A DNA stretch of 64,000 nt from Schmidtea polychroa (taxonomy: Eukaryota). Position 1 is the stretch's first letter. Every line of letters begins with the position of its first letter. Made by a program: the position numbers and the translations under genes. The stretch covers positions 37,264,001 through 37,328,000 of the forward strand of contig CM097885.1 of the NCBI GenBank assembly GCA_044892525.1. The letters are read 5' to 3'. Shown here piece by piece: positions 59,700 through 64,000 of this stretch. The notes beneath the pieces are model-generated. The model had not been told where the DNA came from. It searched no databases and worked only from the letters and a program-made list of their open reading frames with translations.

Positions 59700-60550
59700 A
59701 GAAACTGCCTGAAAATGAAAACAACATTGGAAAAAGCTAGGAAGGCTAATACAATCGACAAAGTGAAACTAAACTTCTACTAGTTAAAAAAGAGCTGCGC
59801 TAGATCTTTGGGCAACGGCAGAACTCTCAAATATCCAAATATAAAGTTTAAATGGTTATGTGTAGAAAAAATAGATAAAAAAGAACAGTTTTTTACAGAA
59901 TTCTAAGAGCAAAAGCTCTACAATTGCAGATTTGAAAGCAAGTGATCAATAGATTAACTCCATATGCAGAAACGGCTTGTTGTTAATAAAGCTTCGGTCA
60001 AGAAGACAACAAAAGAGTTGAATATATCAAAAAGACAGTTTTCATCGGAAATAGCAAAACATGGATAACAGTTGTTCTTACGATTTCATTGTCTGGGAAA
60101 CTCAATAAAACTTTGGTTATTTTTCGAGAATTAGAATAAATTCCAAAAGGGATACATGTGACGACTAGCAATTCTGGAACGATAGATAAAGTATGGTGGA
60201 GGTTTGAATAAATACGTGTCTAAAACAATTTTTTTTATTAATTTCAGCAATGATATGATTTTGTTCAACAGTTTTGGCTTATACAAGGATGCAAATGTTC
60301 TTGATTTATTGCATAAAAATAATTTTAAACCTGTTATTTTATCACCAACAACTTACATTCAACCATTTGAAAATTTAGTAAATTCCATTTGTAAATCAAG
60401 TATGAAACATGAGTTGGAGAATTGAGCTTTAAATGGCAATAAAGAATATACAGAGACGAGATACCTAAGAAGTCAGTTAAATAACATTTGGTAAATCCTC
60501 TATAAAAAAAGAAACGTAATTAAATCTTTCTATATATGTAGCATGAATGC
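59700..60550 (+). pseudogene. pogo/Tigger-like transposase relic
   Basis: FKAS..., LTIS..GK, I..TT.YIQP....VN and ENW...G.KEYT-like fragments; heavily decayed. Confidence 0.5.
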
Positions 60551-60697
60551 ATCTGGAACATGATTTTAAGCCGTGTTAATACTAATGATACAGAAGTTGC
60601 TGAAGATGTTTTATGTTTACATGATGAAATGGGTGAATAATTCGGATGATGTGATAAGCCTCTGTTTATTAAAACAATAAAGTATTTTGATTCTTAA

Positions 60698-60916
60698 CCC
60701 TTTCGCGGACGCACTTTTTAGTTGCTGTTCCCAGAACATTTTTAAAGATAATGAAATTCTGAAATCAGCAAAATGAAAGAAATGCAGTAATTATAATAAT
60801 TTAATCATAAAATGATGATGCACATTTTGACGTGTATTGCCGTCATGACACCCATGACAACTGAAAAGTTGTGGTAAGAGGCATGACGGCTATACACGTC
60901 ATTGTCCATTAAAGGG
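60698..60916. mobile_element. piggyBac-type MITE
   Basis: TTAA|CCCTTT....GGAC ... GTCC....AAAGGG|TTAA. Confidence 0.88.
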
Positions 60917-61249
60917 TTAACTTTTTTGCAATAAAACTGGTTTTCCAATTATTGAGTTTTGATGTTTGATTCTAATTTATTCATCAATAATTTTAGAGCT
61001 CCTTTTTCTTTTCCTATCATACCTGATGCGCCAAGAATTGTTTTAGCAACAAGATTTTCCAAGCACAGGTGATTTGCACACAAACAGATATCAACAGTCT
61101 GTAAAATATCTTCTCCTTTTCAAGTATCTTTCTAACTGATAAGATTTAACGTTTCTTCGCTTATTTGAAATGATTCGTTTATTCCACAAATAAATACTAC
61201 AAGTTGAGCTGTATCTGAAATGTCTTTACTTTCATCAAATACTAACTAC

Positions 61250-62862
61250 TGGTGGGTTACAGGTAATCAAACATTTTACCTTGTCGTGCTGGAGTTTCAG
61301 GATCATGCGAAATTGATTGGACTGTCTACTGGAGGTTTCTCCACCAGTCTGTCGCCGCAGGAAGAGTATTCAGAGTAGAATTTCGAAGCCATCAGTTTTT
61401 TGATGAAAGATTAAGTCGAAATGACTAAGGTGCTTCAACTCTTTAATTTCGTTATAGTAGAAATCGATTAAATCCAACACTTTCGGCTAATTACTCGACT
61501 CCGAACCAGATATATCTGGTACCGAATCCACGATTGGAACCGAGGGCTAGACCTGGATAATTACGGCCAGTCATACGGAGTGGTTCCGAGCCCGATGCCC
61601 AAGCATGGATTAAAACAGAGCCCCAGAACAATCTGTTGCAGGAGGCCCGAGACAGAGCGGCGATGGAAGTGGAGGTCGCCCAACTCCGGCTGATGCGCCC
61701 CTACGGAAGCGAGGGAGGCCCCGGAAAAATCCCTTATAGGCCGACGACGACTTTTTATCTGGATATTTCATTGATATTGATAATACTTGATTTTCGTTGA
61801 TTAGGACTAGTTTTTATTCTTTACTAATTGTATTATTTTTTATTACCCTTGTATTATCTTTTGGACTAATTGAATAAATTATTATTATAATATCGAATAG
61901 TTAGATTTTATTCTAGTTGCGGTACACCTTTGAGTTCAGACGACCTTACATCGATATTTAAATAAGAATTTGATATGGATTTAAACGAATTTTTCCCTCG
62001 TGCGTATGGGTTTGAGCAATGATTTCTATTATTATTTTCTAGTGTTTAAATTATTCGAAAACCTGCGCAAGGACCGCGAGCAGGCTCAACAAGCTGAAGA
62101 CCTCCAGGTAGAGTCGAGAAGCTTAAAGGAAAGTGCCGGGAATTTGAGGGTACTTGGTTCAGTCCAGCATAAATGAAGAAACGGACGGCACAGATCCTGC
62201 AACTCCAGATCCAGACGGAGCAGGATCAAGTCGAAATCCGCGCACTAAAATTACAGGTCCGCACGCTCGGAGTCAAATTGAACGAGAAGTTCATAAATGA
62301 CACCATCAAAGATCAGATTCGCCAATTACCCGTGGAACTGGCCGAAATCTACCCACCAGCACAGTCGAGTAAGCCGAAACGCAAGCGGTTAGGGCGAAAC
62401 ACCCGAGAGAAGCTGAAAAGAGCCTGGCTAGTAGAACAAGAGAAATTAGGAAAACCCGAGTCGACTCCAGCATCCTAATCGCGATTGAACGCATGTAGTG
62501 ATGCACATGCTGTTGAGACTTGTTATAATTGAATAAATAGATTTTTAACAATCTAATGTACATGAGGTTTAGTTTTATGATCGTCGAGGACAATGAAATT
62601 GGTATAAGGGTGTTTGGGAAACAATTTCGATAAGGGACCTGAGTAAATCGGACATATGCTTTCTAACGGTAGTCCGTGGACCCATAGAGTACCCGACAAT
62701 TATAGTGCCGTTAGTGCGCTCACTTTTTGCGAGTACTCACCCACTTGATACAGTACCAACGTTGATTACTCAACGGGTATCAAGCGGTAAAACAATGTTG
62801 TATTTTGGGTTACGCTGGTAACATCACTAAAGAATAAATATTTGACCACCTGTAACCCACCA
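61250..62862. mobile_element. 1.6-kb unclassified element with 27-bp imperfect terminal inverted repeats (TG...CA)
   Basis: TGGTGGGTTACAGGTAATCAAACATTT versus AAATATTTGACCACCTGTAACCCACCA (3 mismatches). GC-richer interior with coiled-coil ORF pieces; no TSD seen. Confidence 0.55.
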
Positions 62863-64000
62863 CAAGTGTTAGATGACAGTGGCAGGCAAGTAAGTACATT
62901 TGTCCTAACTTGGCCGAAAAGATTCTGGGTCAAAATCTATAGCGAAGTGGTACAGAAATAGTCCTCAATATCAAACTCAAACTCCCAGGCAATCCAATCC
63001 AAATCCCAATCCAATATCAAATTCAGATAAATGTGCAATTGGATAAAGTTATTCATTATTAATATTTATTGAACATATTTCATTTGATTTAATCAGACAT
63101 ATTTACCCCTTGTGTATGTGGACATATTTATTGATTTTGTGGTGTGAACATGTTTATTTGATCTTTTATTTTTGTACATATTTATTTATCAAAAATATAT
63201 AAAATCTTACATGTGGGGATTTTAATATTATATCTTAAAAAAATAATTTTACAATAAAAATTAATAGTCATGACCGGAAAAATATTCTGTTTAAGCAGTA
63301 TTAAAAGTCAATTATAAATCTCTGTATAAGATAAAAGAATAAATTTAAAAAATAAATAAATTTTAAATCACGTCAACAATGGTGAAAAATTATATAAGTA
63401 GGTAGCGTAAAAATAAGAATTTCGCCCATAAAATAAAGTCTTATTTTTAACAGAAAAATTTTAGGAGTCAAGCTATAAAATATTTTAATCTTGACAGTAT
63501 GAGATCAAAAATCATCCCCAGTCAAACAACAATTATATAGTAAGCATTTGAATAGAAATTCGAAACAAAAACTATTGTATTTTTAGGTAAATTTTGGATT
63601 TTCATTAATAATAAATTTGAATCGAGTTTTTGATCTGCTTTCATATAAACATATTTATAACTAAGGACCACCAAGCAGAATTGATGTCACTCCCAACTTC
63701 GGAGACCTCAACACAAGTGTTAAATATGTATTATATTTTGTTTAGTATATAAAAATTTTCACTAATTAACTTTTTAAAAATCTTTCAGACATTTACATTA
63801 AAATAAATTCTATAATAATGAAGAAAAATATTATAATAACCAAAAATATAATTCATACCAGTAGTCAAATCTAAGTACTGAATGTTCTGCCAGATTATTC
63901 ATACGAATTTAAAGAAATATAATCAAATAACTAAAGAAAGATATTCTAACCATATTAGAAAATAAGCTTATTACTTCCATTGCGTAATTAATTTTTTAAA

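Overview
AT-rich eukaryotic (invertebrate) genomic DNA dominated by mobile elements. Very short 39-46 nt introns and (AAT)n/(TA)n microsatellites are compatible with a flatworm-like genome, but that is inference only. (1) 1-8754: internal region of a decayed Ty3/Gypsy-type retroelement with an unusual layout. A chuvirus/Monjiviricetes-like fusion glycoprotein lies upstream of, and apparently in frame with, PR-RT-RNaseH-IN. IN runs on into a signal peptide plus a second type I membrane glycoprotein, and a separate DEDDh (REX4/ISG20-like) exonuclease ORF follows. (2) 10299-11298 (-): 5' exons of a KLHL20/diablo gene. (3) 12772-31871: a complete 19.1-kb Polinton/Maverick (adintovirus-like) with AGTAGT...ACTACT ends and a CTAAAA target-site duplication, inserted into an LTR. 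It has ~5.16-kb inverted repeats that duplicate most of pPolB, a PLA2-integrase fusion, an adenovirus pX-like protein, ATPase, protease, penton, MCP and a fibre-like gene. It also carries six tRNA-like RNA polymerase III cassettes (four distinct sequences) at both ancestral ends, a possible VA-RNA analogue. (4) 32-64 kb: a solo LTR, MITEs, hAT/piggyBac/Tc1/pogo relics, a second pPolB relic, a TBP-like relic and a compact eIF2-beta gene. All protein assignments rest on motif recognition by eye; no database search was run.
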